Shown here piece after piece: positions 38,177 through 53,061 of a DNA stretch of 64,000 nucleotides. Origin of the DNA: Proteromonas lacertae (lineage: Eukaryota); NCBI GenBank assembly GCA_002245135.1, contig NGBS01000873.1, positions 186,001 to 250,000 of the forward strand, in the 5' to 3' direction. The position numbers and the translations under genes are program-made. The notes beneath the pieces were generated by a model that saw only the letters and a list, made by a program, of their open reading frames with translations, had not been told where the DNA came from and made no database searches. Positions within the stretch are counted from its first letter, which is position 1. Every line of letters starts with the position of its first letter.

Positions 38177-39476
38177 ATGGATGAGGATGACAGCAAAGAG
38201 CTGCTGGTATATTTTTAAAATTATATTTGCAGGAAAAAGGTTACAGATATTACATTCAACATCACAACAGCAGACCATACTCGTATTTACTAATACCTTT
38301 GGAACCAGACTGCTATCCCTTTCTTAATAGTTTATATTGTATGCTAACATATTAATTTGGATAGTAAATAACTATGAAATATCTGATTGGGAGGAATATT
38401 ATCTGAAACTATGGTCTACAGACACATCTAAGGATTATGTTCATTCCGGTGTAATTATATCAAGCTTAAGTGTAAGTGAGTACCCAATATTTAAGAGTTA
38501 TTTTCGTCCATTCAGTATTACTTACTTTCATTATTTATTTTTTTAGGTAATAAAGTGTCAATAACGTCATTTATAGAATTTGTGTGTATATTTTCTTTTT
38601 TTACAAATGAGCAATTAATCCCATTAATTTTCACACTTAATAACATCCAAAGTAATAGAGTTGCAACTGATGTATATTAATATATATTACTGTTTTAATT
38701 AGCAACAACTATTTATGTTATTTAAATCATTGCTAGTAGAATCGATAGATGCAAATGATATAAGGAAAAATATATTAGAAATACCAAGAGATGCAAACGG
38801 ATTCTTACCTTTGTCAGAAATAACAAATATTTTAAGAGTTAATAGATCCTTGTTACAAGGGATAGAAAAACTTAGAACAGCGTTAATACAAAAAGTGATA
38901 AAGGATGAATATTATTTAACAATCAAACGAAGAATATTTTATTATAGTAATTATCCACCAGATGATGGTTATACAAAACCGAAAGAGTCGTGTTTAATCT
39001 ATTTAACAAGATGATTATTCTCTTTTAGACCTCCTAGTTATTACTATGATCATAGACCTATAAATAGTCATATGCAATTAGATGAGACGTTATTCGTGAT
39101 AAGGAAAAGATATGGTTATAGCTCAAGGCCAGATAGGTATAGTTCAGTTTCCTTATCAGGTAATTATAATAATTCCAGACATAACTCCACAGCTACTAAT
39201 TCTCATGTTTTGAGATCTAGAGTCTCAACAAGTATATTAAATAATTTATCTGTTAAACCTGAAAATCATCGTTCAATTTCTACTACTCTTTTAAACCCCA
39301 AAACCCCAATTAAAAGTAAGTCTATTTATACTGATTCACTTCTCTGTAATGAGAATAATAATAGTAATATAAATCATGAAAGCCTTAATAATAACAATCA
39401 TAGCAGCAAACATGGTAAGTGTAGTCATATATCTGTGAAAATTGTTCCTATTGATGCTATTGATGATCAAGTGTAA
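38177..39476 (+). pseudogene. Tandem family X, copy 4, with one in-frame TGA (39012-39014)
   Basis: PKESCLIYLTR*LFSFRPPSYYYDHRP...IRKRYGYSSRP. ORFs 38715-39014 and 39072-39476 share a frame. Confidence 0.65.
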
Positions 39477-39596
39477 TTATTGTATTTATTAATTAATAAT
39501 ATGCTATTTATTTAACTAAGTAATGTCATTTATAGATGTTTCTTTTATTTGGATGATTTAAAAAAAGAGTCGTTTTGTAACTTATTTTTCAACTTA

Positions 39597-40818
39597 ATGT
39601 CGATTTCATGTGATACAGACGATATTTTAGTTTTAGTATGATTACTTTTATTGTTATTATTATAGGAGAATGCTCTTCACTACTATAAAACTCACAAAAA
39701 ATCTAGGCCTTACCAATTTTTACTGTTAGATGTTGGTGATGAGTGTAAATTGTTATTTGAGTTTTTTTATTGTATAAATCTATTTTCTTCTCTAATTATA
39801 TAATTTTTAGTAAATAATTATGAGATAACTTCTTGGGAAGGGTTTTACTTGAATTTATGGAGTAAAGACAAGTCTAAACCATATATACCTTCTGATTTAT
39901 TCCTAAATTACTTGGGTTTAAACGATATTCCAATTTTGACTCTCTATTTCAATGCGTTTGGTATAATTTTAATATTATAAAATACAAATCATAGGTAATA
40001 AAATTACTGTATCAGTATTTTTACAGTTTCTCATCATATTTACATTTTGTACTAATAACCAAGTTATTTCGTTAATGTTGAATATATGTAATATACACAG
40101 CAATATATTTGTAGATGATGTATTCAATTATATATATATATATAATGAATAGGAACAAGTTCTTTATTTCTGTAAGAATCTATTAGGATCAAAATGTAAT
40201 CTAGCACCATTCAAACAATGGTTAGCTGGAGTAGATAGAATTGAAAATAAAATGATTAAAATATCATCTCTAGTGGAGTTAGTAATGGTTGATCCATTTT
40301 TGAAATTACCTATGATTCAAATTAGAAACAAGTTAATTGAAGGTATAGTAACATACAGTGAATATAAAACAATATTTGATCGCAAAATATACTATGAGCA
40401 TATGAATTATAGTAATCTGAGTTGTAATAAGCATATCGATACGCAGATGAATCACAAAATTGGAGGATGTTATTATTGTTGCTTTTGTTTTAGTAGAGCA
40501 CCTCATCCTCTTTATGTCAATTATATTCCTTTAAATTTGTTTAATTGTGAGGAATGTCTTTTATTTATTAAGCAGAAGTTTGGTTACTCTGTAAGACCTG
40601 TGAATTTCCAATTTTATAAGAATTCAAGTATGAAATACATGTCTGCTGAACATAGAAATTCATCTCGTTCATTTAGATCAAATAAGAATTCTTTAGTTAG
40701 TGCTAAAGTAATCAAGCAAATATCATACAAAAAAAGTAAAGGAGACATACCAAAATACTCTATAAATTTCATTCCACATGTGAAACCTTCTCTTGTTGAT
40801 CAAAACACATCTGTATAA
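39597..40818 (+). CDS. Tandem family X, copy 5
   Basis: NNYEITSWEGFYLNLWS, CNIHSNIFV and APHPLYVNY...KQKFGYSVRP. Confidence 0.72.
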
Positions 40819-41034
40819 GTTTATTTATTGCCCAAATATACATATATATGTATTTAATTATGAAGTATAGTCATTTATATTTATATTGTTTAAACCCTTT
40901 TAATAATGTGTTTATGACTTATTGAGTTGCTAGACTGTTATGTAACATAATAAAATAAGTAGTGAATATTCATCTCGCTGTACTCATAACCAAATAAAAG
41001 AAAATACACAATAATACACAAAGAAATTTAGGAT

Positions 41035-42224
41035 ATGTGTAACGAACTTGATATGGAAGATGTGGATGAGTTGGTATTATTTTTGATTATAATATGTATT
41101 TTTAGAGAGAAGCCTATCAAAGATATATAAGCCATAAAGTGAATCGACAAACTCAATCTCTTCTTGTAGAAGTCTCGTTAGAATGCCAATCTTTTTTCGA
41201 ACTTCTGTTTCGTATATATAATTTTTTGGATATATTTGTCATAGTGAATTATTATGAAGTGTGTGAATGGCAATGGTTTTATTTAAAATTATGGTCTGAA
41301 TCTTCAGAATTACCATATGTGGCTACTACAAAACTACTTAGTAAATTAGAATTATCAGACAGTAGTATTTGTGCCAAGTATTTCTCGATTTATGGTATAA
41401 TTGTTAATTTTATTGTAGATAACAAAGTAACAATGTCAGTGTATATAGAGTTCATATGTCTCTTTGTCTTTTTTGATAAATCTCAACTCACGTCGTGTAT
41501 TTAGATCTCAAAATATAAATCAATAGTGATATTATCAACTGCTAATGTATTAAGCAATTTAATGATCAGCAAGAATCAAATAATGTCATTCTTCTTGATA
41601 ATCGGTGCTAGATCAAGTCAAATCGATACTGTGAAACAATGGATAAAGAATGAAGTAAAAGTTGACAAAAATGGATATGTACAGATGCAAGCATTTGCAG
41701 AATATGTTCACTCTTATCCTGGTCTTTTAGCTCCTTTAGACAAGATAAGAGGTATGTTAATTAAGAATATTGTTGGTGAGAAATTCTACTTTAACATTGT
41801 ACAAAGAAAACATTACTATGAAGAATGTATATTAGTTGGAAGGGATTTAATAGAACCGAAAGAACCTTGTTTTATGATGTTATTCAGAGTGTTATTTACA
41901 AATGAGCCTCATCCTTTTCATTATGACTATAGACCTTATACAGTACATAAGACATACGAAGAATGCTTAGCTGTTGTTAGAAAAAGGTATGGATACAGCA
42001 ATAGACCTGTTAGAGAAATAGCTGTAAGTATAAGTTCAAATTCAGGATCTTTCCACCAGAATCTAAATTCATCAAGATCTAGATTTTATAGTAGTAGTAA
42101 CAGTTCAGTAATGCATTTAGTTGACAAGAAACATCATTCAATAAATTCTTCTAGACACAAAAACAGTAACTTGTCAAAAGTATTTAAATCTAATAGAGTA
42201 GGAGATGGCTTTTTATTTGAGTAA
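41035..42224 (+). CDS. Tandem family X, copy 6
   Basis: NYYEVCEWQWFYLKLWS, YIEFICLFVFF, PGLLAPL, PKEPC and EPHPFHYDY...RKRYGYSNRP. Confidence 0.75.
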
Positions 42225-42488
42225 ATAGTAAATTTTAAACTATACATGTAAGTAGGATTAAATAATTTACATTATAATGTACATTATATTTTAATATATT
42301 GTTGTGTATCTGCTTATGAGGAGTAATTAACTTAACATTAACGTCTACTATCTCTTTATGTTAGACGGAGTTAGACATTTGAGTATATTTACTGCTAGTC
42401 TCGAGTAAAACAATAATCTATCACAAATAATATATAATATTATTAATTTATTACTCAAACTTCACTAAAACAAAAACTGATAAATCAA

Positions 42489-45400
42489 TTATCTATCCTT
42501 ATCATCAGGATATCCTTTCTTCATCTTATCAGGACTAACATGTTTAATAATCAATTTCCTAGCTGATTTCTTCTGCATCATTCCATATGGTAAACTATAA
42601 GCCTTCATTAACAATTGAGCTTCACCTTTTTTCAACACAGGAACAGCATAAGGAGATGGTCTAACTTTTGGTTTACTTCTAATCACATTAATTGGCTTTG
42701 ATTTGTTGTTCAATATTTCTCTCACTTCTTCATCAACATCATCATCATCATAATAGGTATTTCTATCATTAAGATATCCATTATAAATAGCAGTATTGTT
42801 ATTATTACTGTTAATATATTTATTATTGTTGTTATTAGATGGATTAATATTACCATAATAATTCAATAACGGAGATGAACCATTTTGATTCTCAGAGATA
42901 ATCAAATTGCCAATTCTTTGGTGTCTTAATGGTAAATCAGCTGCATCAATCATCTCATATTGATTCACAAAACTACTGGATTTAGGTGATATTGAATTCT
43001 CATCATGATTATAGATTGGTGATACTTTGTTATTGATTAACACTTTGGGAGGAATACTAGTATTATTATCGTTAGTATGTAATTGTATTTGAGGAGCTGG
43101 TCGTGGTGGAAATTGTGGTTGAGGTGGTGGAGTATCAACTTGTTGTTGTTGTAGTTGTAATGTTGGTAAATATTGAGGTAATGGTGGAGTAAATTCTTGT
43201 TGAACAGGTTGATATTGTTTTACATATTGAGGTGAGTTAAATTGCTTATCTTGTTGTTGTTGCTGTTGTTGTTGATTTCCTTGTTCTACTTCAGCTTCTT
43301 CGTCTATTTGTTGTTGTTCTTCTTCTTTCAAGAATCGTGGTTGTTGTTGGACATACTGTGGCTTATATTCCTGAAGAGTACTACTACTGCTATTTGGTTT
43401 CTGCTGTTCTTGTTGTTTTCTTCTTGCCATTCTACTTTGTACATTAATTGGTGATAAATCTCTCAACTTATTGTTATTATTATCATCTGGAGCACTTTTT
43501 GAGCTTGTAACTGATGGAATTCCATTCAAATTTTCTTCATAATTATAATTATTATACTTTTCATTATCATATGGATCTGCAGTTTCGTTACTATTATTCT
43601 CTAAATCCTCTTTACTTATAAAATAAGGACAAAGTAATGGTAATTGAGCATTATCATTCTCCTCTTCAGATTCAGATTCACCATCTCCATTCTTTGATTT
43701 CTTATTCTTTTTCAAATTTATCCTCTTTCGAAGTGGTCTAAAATCATCACCTAATTCTTCAGCTTTAGCAATATCCACTTTCTTTGAACATGGCATAAAT
43801 GGTGGTTGTTGCTGTTGCTGTTGCTGTTGATTTGCACCATTTCGTTTAATATTTTCTGATGATATTCTTTTTCCTTTCAAAAGTGATACTTTCTTTGGAC
43901 TGTCATTCACTGTTGTTGGTGGAATAACATCTTGGAATTGTTTGAATAAATTTTTAAAGTATTTCACTGAAAATCCGTCCTGTGGTGCTATAAATTTCAA
44001 ATCTTCTAAAGGTAAATAATATCCTAACATTAATAGCAAACTATATATTTCATTAAGTATCAATGTTTGTTGATTGTATATATTAAGAAACTCAAATACA
44101 GCTTCAGGACTATTATATATTATATATAAAATAATATTATATTCATACGATTTAAACATTCCTTTATCTTTAAGATCAAACAACATTTTGAATAATTTAT
44201 ATCTAATTTTATCTTTACGTTTTTCAATATCTGATGGGAATGATAAATAAGTGGTCACTATAAATGGCAATGACATTCTTCCTAATTTTGTATAATCCAT
44301 TCTATCAAATAAATAAGCACAATCTGAGGGTGTTATTGGTGATTTGATTCTCTTTACAAATAAATCTACAAACTTTGCTGCTGTAACTATCGGAGATCTT
44401 GTTATTGCAGATTGAATAACAGTTATTGGATTTAGACTATATAACAAAAAATATTTATTATATAGGATTTATATACTTAAATGATGCTTCATCTTTCTTT
44501 ATATATTTAAACAATGTTTTGAATATATCCATAAATGGATCATCCATTCGTTCTGGTAATAATCGAATCAGTAATTCAGGATTGAATTTTCTCTTAGATA
44601 ATGAATATTCTGTAACAAAATATAATTGAGAAGGTGTTAATTGAATATTATTATCAATTAAAAACTCTCTACAATATAATAATATATATTTATATATACT
44701 CGAGTGTATCTGGTAAGCATTTATATTTATGTTGATAATTAAACACAAATATTCTAAACAACATCAAATTCATCTCATTACTATTGGTAAATTTCTTTTG
44801 AAATAAAACTTTCAAATTACTAAAGTGTTCTGATAATAAAACTTTGGATGGTAATTGTGAATATACAATTGGTTGGTCATCAGGTGTTTCTGTTCTTAAT
44901 GGTGAAGGTGGTAAATTAATAACGCTATTCATCTGAGTAAATGGACTGATTCTATCCATTACTGTATGAAAACCTGCTGATTTTGGCTTTACTGGTTTAT
45001 TATTATCACTATTATTCGCTTGATCTGGTGATAGAACGAAGGGACTTAGTCTTTGTACCATTTGTTGTGCTGGTTGGCCTTCTCTTTCTCCTTCTAATGG
45101 CTGTTGTTGTTGTTGTTGTAATAATAATAATTCCTGTTTCTTTTTCTCTTTTTCTGCTTTTCTTTGTTTTCTTTTTTCAATTTTCTCAGCTTTTTTCTTC
45201 TCTAATTCTTCTCTGGCAAGTTTTACATCTTTTACTTTGGATTGTTTTTGTTTAGGAATTGGTGATATTTTATTATTTTTACCTTTTTGTTTCTTAGCAT
45301 TATTAACATCCATTGTAACAAATCTCTTTGGTCTAATATTCTTATTCTTATTACCTGCAGAAGTATCAATCGTTTGAAATTCCAATGGTCTTGGATCTTC

Positions 45401-47190
45401 AGCTGATTCTACTCTTTCTACTGGCACATTCAATATGCTTTGGCATGGTATATTTACAGATGGTGAAAGTCTACCAGTCATTCACTTCATATAGATCATT
45501 ATCATTATCATATTCATCATTTTCACTATCATCTTTTTCATTTTCTTCTTCATTTTCTTCTTCTTCTTTTCGTACATTATTTTCATTGATTTCTTTCTTT
45601 TTGTGAAGTTTTCCTTCATCTTCTTTAACAAAATGTGGGATTTTGGTTGATGTATTTAGTGGAGGTGGTGGTAAAATTAAACTGGCTAATTCTCCATCTG
45701 TTGATATTGCTGTTGTTGGTTTACTGGATGTACTTTTATATAATTGTGTTGGTGCTACATATTCAATTATATTATTATTATTACTTTTACTTTTTCCTTC
45801 CTTTTCTCCTTCTTCTTCTTCAACTAATACAATTGGTTGAACATTATTAAATGGTAAAGGAATATATTCTTTAGCCTCATGTTTTTTATAAGTATCTTCC
45901 ATATAATAAGACATATTCACTGGTTTAGATTTACTTCTTCTTGGAGATTTCTCTGGTGATGGGAATGTTAATGGTTGATCAACTTGTTGATTATTATTAT
46001 TATTATTATTATTATTCTCCATTGAATCTTCACCCATCATCGATTGTTCTAATAACTTTGAATCGTATTGTTGTCTTATATATTTACTACTTTCAACTGG
46101 TTCTAATGATTGAGAAGGTTTCAATGGTTGTTGAGATAGTGGTAGTAGTGACTCTTGTTGTAATTGTAGTTGTTGTTTTGTTGGTGATTTTACTGTATAT
46201 TTGTTACTATTACTCATATCATTATCGGATGATATATGAATTGCTGGTGATGATAAAAACAATGGATTTGGTAGACCATTTGGAGGCTCTTTTGATTTCT
46301 CTTTTTCATATTCTTGTAGTTTCTTCTGTGTTTTTAATTGATTATGTATTTGTTGTTCTACTTGTTGATATTGTTCTAATACAAAATTATTATTATCATC
46401 ATCTTCTTCTATTTCTTTATTTGGTGGTGGCTGTGGATTGTGTGATTGTATTGGTGACATCGTTGGCATATCTTCATCACTGTATAACTCTGATGATGAC
46501 ATTAATATTGTTGATCTTGTTGAGCTTGATGAATAGCTTGATTCATCATCATCTTCTTCTTCATCATCAACGCTATTTTATTATTATTATTATTATATTT
46601 ATACTCTTTATCTATTACATAATACTTTTCTGTTATATATAGAGGAACATCTGGAGATTGTGGTAAACTAAGTGGTGGAACAGGTTGTATAGATGCAGCT
46701 GATGTTACTGTAGATCTTTGCTGAGATTGTTGAGATTCTGGAGGAGGTTGTTGCTGTCTTTTAGGGGATGGTTGGTATAATGGAGGTAAATTTCCGCTTC
46801 TAGAGAGTGAAATTGATTGTTGATCAAGACCAGTGCTTCTAAGAGCTGGTTCTCTATGTATTTTAATAAACAAGTAAGAAATACGATATAGATGGTCTAA
46901 TGTGGTTTGGACTAGAACTGTTATTTCCATTTGATACAATAAAACCATATCGTGGATCGAATGATATACATTTTACAGGTCTTAGTCTTTCTACTGCTAA
47001 ATCAACTTCACCTAAACCATCATCAAGTACAACATGATATCTATTTTTTATATCGTTTATTATACTTGTGATTATTATTTAATTCACTTTCTATTACACC
47101 ACTTAACCAACATGAGTTAACCCAGCATTCTACTTTTGACCCAATTGTGTATTCATAATTATTTTGTTGTGTGGACTGGTTTATATTCAT
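42489..47190 (-). CDS. Large low-complexity (Q/N/P/E-rich) protein with N-terminal Tudor/Agenet-like domain and degenerate EF-hand-like region; may be two genes
   Basis: First exons give YTIGSKVECWVNSCWLSGVIE..YHVVLDDGLGEVDLAVERLRP. Later LFDRMDYTKLGRMSL. The frame break near 45480 is unexplained. Confidence 0.5.
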
Positions 47191-47240
47191 CTATTTTATA
47201 TCAAATTTGAATAACTGAATTTAAAATAAAGTGGTTAAAT

Positions 47241-47250
47241 TGAAACGGAT
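47241..47250. promoter_or_regulatory. Candidate upstream motif TGAAACGGAT
   Basis: Exact 10-mer also at 3628-3637, 22919-22928 (reverse complement) and 51588-51597 (reverse complement), all in intergenic DNA upstream of starts. Here it lies ~50 bp upstream of the 47190 ATG. Confidence 0.45.
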
Positions 47251-47299
47251 ATTTTTTATCGAATTTAAATAACTGATAATAAAATAACACACAATGTAA

Positions 47300-49901
47300 T
47301 TAATAATTAAAACTTAATTTACAGTTATAAATACTTGTAATTTTATCTTGAATTCTTTCTTCCAACTCATTAAATATATCTTCATAAAATAATCTCAGTA
47401 TTTTCATCAACTCACATACTACTTCTAAATTATATGCCAATAAATCAGTAATTATACTATTCAATGTATTTTTTATCATAGACTTATTCTTTTCATTAAT
47501 CAATAACCACTCTTTATATTTATTTCTAACTACTCGGAAATTGTTGTTATTATTCTTATATTCTTTATACCATTCTGGATTATTCCATTTCATTTTATTA
47601 TTTTCATGAATATTTATTGATTTTTCGATTATTTTATGTTGTAATTTTGGTTTGAATAATTCTATCGAGTTTATATCTAATTGTGAATAACTTGGTATAT
47701 CAAACATCTCTTCATTGAATAATTTCTGATCATCCTCATCTTCATCATCTTTTTTCATGATATCTTCTTCTATTTTCCTTCGCTTTAAACTATGTTTTGA
47801 CCATTCTTTTGTCTTATGATGTAATGAAATAGCTGATTTATATTCTTTTCTAATCTCAGGTGGTAATTCATCTAATACATCCATATCAACTTGAGATGGA
47901 GTTATAAAACCATCTTCACCTATCACTCTTTCTCTTTTTGTATTATTATTTTCATTATCATTACCAAAATTATTATTATCGCAATTACCATTATTCTTAA
48001 AGAAACTCTCGACAGATGCATCAGTTATATTATCATCACTTAATTTCGTCATATTTATACCTAAACCTCTTACGTCACTTGGATTACATTTGAATTGTAA
48101 AAATAAATTCTTTACTGCTGGAAAAATTATATTTATATCATCAGTTTTTACTCCTAAAGTGATTGATTTACTATTTATAATTATATAAAACATTTGTATA
48201 TATATATATATATATATACGAATGATTATCACATTGACCATGACCTAAATACTTTGTAGCTTCTGGAGCATTTTCAGATTTCTGTTTCAAATTAATGGTT
48301 ATACATTTTCCTAATAAATTATTCTCTTTTAATCTTTCACATACTTCAGTTGATAACTTTTCAAGGAATTTATTCACTTCATTTAATGTATTAAATCTAA
48401 TACCCCAAGTTACTTGTGCACCAATCGACTGAGGTTTTGTATTACTATTCAATTTCCGATTATCAATGCCTCTCACATGTTGCCATAATGTTTCACCATT
48501 TTTCCTACCTAACCATTGCCATAATCTTGGTTGAGGAATATTTAATAAATCATTGCATGTTTTTACATTATTTTGTTCTAATAATGACAGTGTATGATAT
48601 CCAACTCCAGGTAAGATTGACACTGATTGAGTTCCTATGTATTTATTGTATTCCATTAAGGACATTTCATACTGACCATTTGGTTTAGCTTTCCTTAATG
48701 CAATTCTTGCTAGTAATAAATTCTCACCTATTCCTGCACTTGCTTTACATCCTGTTTCTTTATAAATTCTATCTCGAATTTCACTTGCTATTGAATATGG
48801 ACTATCAAATTCGCTTAAGTCTAATATTGCTTCATCGCAACTTAATGGTTGTACTTTATCTGTATAAGAATAAAATATTTTAAATATTGTTTCAGATGTC
48901 TATATATATATAATTAATATTTCACTAATAATTAAATACTTTTAATATTAAATCAAAATCATATGGTAATACAATCAAGTCTTTACATACTTTCTTTGCT
49001 TCTTCTAACCACATATATCGACTTATTCCTAATTTTCTAGCTATATAATTTGCACAACTAACATCACTGTGCTTTCTATATATATATATATATTAATTTA
49101 TATATACAAATTTGGAGCTGTTGATACTACTACTGGTTTATCTTGATATTCTGGATGTTTTAATAAAGCAACTGATACAAAATAACAATCCATATCTATA
49201 TGACAATAAATTTGATGTATTTCTTCATTATCATTGTATGATGATAACAAATTATCTATTTCCTTATTCTTATTTTCATTCTTATTATCGTTTTTCATTT
49301 TTCGTTTTAAATGAGATTTGAATGTTCCTAAAAAATGTAATCTTGAACCACGGAAGTATTTGTTTATAAAATTTGGATCATCTTTAGCTGATTTAATTTC
49401 ATTTGATAATTTTAAATCACCTTTAGATGTTGTTGAATTAGATTGTGATTTTGTAAATAAGGATTTTTGATTTTCTGTTTTCATTTCACTCAATAAATAA
49501 TTTTCATATGGAATTAATTCGTTTTTATTAATTGAATCGGTTATCCATTCAGGATAGACGTATGGAAGCACTTTAACATAACTTCTATTAAAGAAAATCA
49601 TTTTTCTGTATACAATTCTTCTAATGCTCGAGATTTTGCTATTTTACTAGCAATCACATGAGTAACTTTGCTTCTATCCAGAAAATAACTGAAATTACCA
49701 CCATGAAGAACTATCAACCTCTTCAGCTCTGCATTTCCAGGTATTGTAAAGCCATTTATGTAAATTGTCACATTTTTAAATATTGTAGATATTTGTTGAA
49801 ACCTAAGCTAATAAATCACTTACACAATACCTTAACTCTTCATGCTCTTCAGCAATTCTATCACATTTGTCATAAAAATATTCTTCACGAGTTCTTTTCA
49901 T
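47300..49901 (-). CDS. REV1: REV1 translesion deoxycytidyl transferase (Y-family)
   Basis: N-terminal BRCT (IFKNVTIYINGFT...HGG...VTHVIA), YFRGSRLHFLGTFK, HIDMDCYFVSV, SCDEA, LPGVG, KYLGHGQCD, DVRGLGI and UBM ITPSQVDMDVLDELPPEIR. Confidence 0.92.
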
Positions 49902-50148
49902 TATGTCACGAGTTTAATCATATTTTTAAAAAGTAAAATGAAAATATATTCGTTTTTTATATAACGGATTTAAATTAAATCAGGCTTTTTCTCTCTTCGA
50001 CGATGGCTTTCATGTGTAGATGAAGAATTATTGTCAATATTACCATCAGTTTCTCATGTATTTTGGTTATTTATTATTTAAAGAAAGGAATTAACACACA
50101 TCATCAATGGATGTAAAATAAACGAACAATAATAAATACTAACATCTA

Positions 50149-51321
50149 TTAATGAATAACATCACCAATTTCATTTGCTTTTCTTTGATCAATCATATTA
50201 ATTGAAAAATTATATATCAAATGTGAGGTACTATGGGTGAAAATACTACCTTTCTTTATAGGTATTCCAGATTTCTCTACATTTCTAAATATTCTATTAG
50301 CATTCGATAATCTTGAACTATTTCTAGATACAACACTAGTACATCTATGTGCATATCCAAATTTTTGTCTTAAAGCAACTATTACTGAATCCCTTGATTT
50401 TTCAACTGCTTCTCTAACATAATAATCACATTTATAAGGAGGTGGGCAATGAATAAATAATACTCTGTAAATATGTTTACAACATGGTTCTGGTGGTGTG
50501 ATAGTTGTATATCCATATGAATAATAAAACGATATTCTTTTCTGAATTAAATTATATAAATAACTACCTAATGTTAAATTAATAAGCGATTCTCTAAATG
50601 AATATAATCTATTCACAAAACTAGTTTCGCTGGTTAGAAAATCAATTAAAGATCTTACTGAAAAACAATTTGGTTTGCATTCTCCGCTATATGTATATAT
50701 AGAACAAATGTATTGTATATATAATATACTCAGCTTCAAACTGATTAGTTCTAATTGCATCAGGTAAGTCTTCATAAGCTTCTAGAGGAAGTAAATAAGA
50801 TTCAAAAAAGGACTGTAACTGCATGACATTGACAAATAAATTACTATAAATACCTGACATACTCAACAAAACTAATATTATATTAGATGATTTAAAAAAA
50901 AGAAACAGACAAACGAACAAAATGTAATCTGAAACATATATTTTATCTTCTGGGAAAAACAATTTAATAAAACCATGATGTTCAGGAGCTATTTTCATTT
51001 GTAGCAGTGATAATGGGACATAAGGTAAAGATGTATCTCGATTCCACAAAAGAAGGTATGTACTCTCTATTGCATTTATTTTAAATTTATTCACTATTAT
51101 ATATAAAATCATTGTGAATAATACAAAACAGAGTCAAAGCCATTAATTGTACATTATGATCTATAGGTACATACAACACTTTTGATGAGTCAGTTTCGTA
51201 TGTTTCCATGATTTTATATCCATCTTTCTATTAAATATGCTATTATAATTTAAATTACTAGAGAGTAGAGTATATCATCGGATTCTGGGCTTGATCGTGG
51301 AGACACAGACGCTTTTTTCAT
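50149..51321 (-). CDS. Tandem family X, copy 7
   Basis: NKFKINAIESTYLLLW, YILFVCLFLFF, SGIYSNLFV, PPEPC and PPPYKCDY...RQKFGY. Confidence 0.72.
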
Positions 51322-51736
51322 TTACATAATATAAATATAACTTGAACAATAACGAGCTGCGACAAAATAGAAGATTATAAAAACAACGAATAAAATTTCA
51401 GTATTTAAAAAATCAGTATTATCAAATTATAAGTTATTGGTTACAGGATAGTATAAGCTAATTATTCAAACTTTATTCAAATTGAAATGGATATAACACA
51501 TTTAGTTTGTAGTATTTAGTGAAATGGTTTAATGTACGAAACAAGATAGTAAAGCATAGTATCAATATCTTTATTTATTTCAATTTAATCCGTTTCATCA
51601 AATTCTCTTCACTGATTCAATAAAAATAAATCAAATCTAAAACGAATAAATTTTTAAACTCACAAAAAGAGAAAAATAAATAAATTACATAAAAAATTCA
51701 CATCCATAAATCTCATTTCTATCTACATAATTACAT

Positions 51737-52886
51737 TTAATCTTTTTCTTCTTCATCATCTAACAATTCTTGAGTGGAAGCCAAAATACCAAAACCAACT
51801 TGTGTATTTTTTCGATTAACTTTAGGTGTTAATGGAGCTTGTGATAATCTTTTATTTCTTCCAGTGCTAGAAGCCGTAGAAAGTCTACCAAACGACTTAT
51901 GAGATGCCAATGACTTACTACATCTACTAGATCGTATGTCATGTCCATATCCTTTCTTGATTCCACAAATCATATCATCAAACGATTGACTACTTGGATT
52001 TGGCAGTCCATAATCATATCTATAAGGTGGAGGAGCTTGTGTAAATAGCATTCTATTTAACTTTGAACAAAATGGTTCAGAAGGAGGAGGATTACCAGGC
52101 AATGAATAGAAAAACTTAATTCTTTGGATTATATTTATATACTGTTGCAAAGAAAATATTTGCTTAATCAATTCTTCTTTGAATCCATTCAAAAATGCTT
52201 GAAATGGTTTTGATTCGTTCATAAATGTAGTGAAATCTTTCAAAACAAAAGCGTCTTTTCTGCCTGTTAAATCTTTATCTGCAGTACTTTGAAGTAATTT
52301 CAATAAATCATTCTTTATACCAATATTATCTAGGTCAAACTTTCTAAAAAAATCAAAAACTTGAGGTTTAGTTATAAATAAGTTACTATAAACTTGACTG
52401 ATTGATAACAACACGATTAAAATACGATTCTCTTCGAAAAACGTAAATAAACTAACAAATATTAAGAAATCGTCATAATAAACAATATCTAACTTCATTA
52501 AAATAATAAGTAATATACTGTCACTAAAATAGGATTGTATTAGCTTACTATATTTAGGTGAGAACATAAGTGCCAACTTAGAAGCTGATATATTATCCTT
52601 TCTATTATCTTCATACCATATTCTCAGGTAATATCCTAAAATTAAATTCACATCATAATTATTATCTGGTTAGATATAATAAAAATGTATAAATACAGTA
52701 TAGAGTATGAGCCATTAACAAAGATGTCTTATGTAAAGCCATGTATGGATTTTTCTTCCCCACTGCACTATTTGCCACCATATTGATATGTCCAAATTTC
52801 TAAATCTTGTTAAAAATACCTATAAATACTAATAATTCTGACTCATCTTCATGGGGAGGTAACTGTGGTAATGGAACCTTAGACAT
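51737..52886 (-). CDS. Tandem family X, copy 8
   Basis: YYLRIW, FLIFVSLFTFF, SQVYSNLFIT, PSEPFC and APPPYRYDY...KKGYG. Confidence 0.72.
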
Positions 52887-53061
52887 TTTCCTTGCCTACA
52901 TAAAAATATGTATTAATTATTTTATTGATACATATAAATAATATATTCTACTGAAACGACAATAACTGTATTTTCTTGTATTTTAGAATAAAATAAGACA
53001 TTTATCATATTACTTAACAAATAAATTATACATGAATTTACAATATAATTACAACTAATCT

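Noticed and set aside
39012..39014. Selenocysteine codon in family X copy 4
   Set aside because: The paralogues I compared have no conserved Cys at this position, and I see no convincing SECIS in the AT-rich 3' region.
45941..46642. 233-aa + strand hydrophobic ORF and similar antisense ORFs at 43-46 kb
   Set aside because: These are shadows of Q/N/E-rich low-complexity coding sequence on the - strand.
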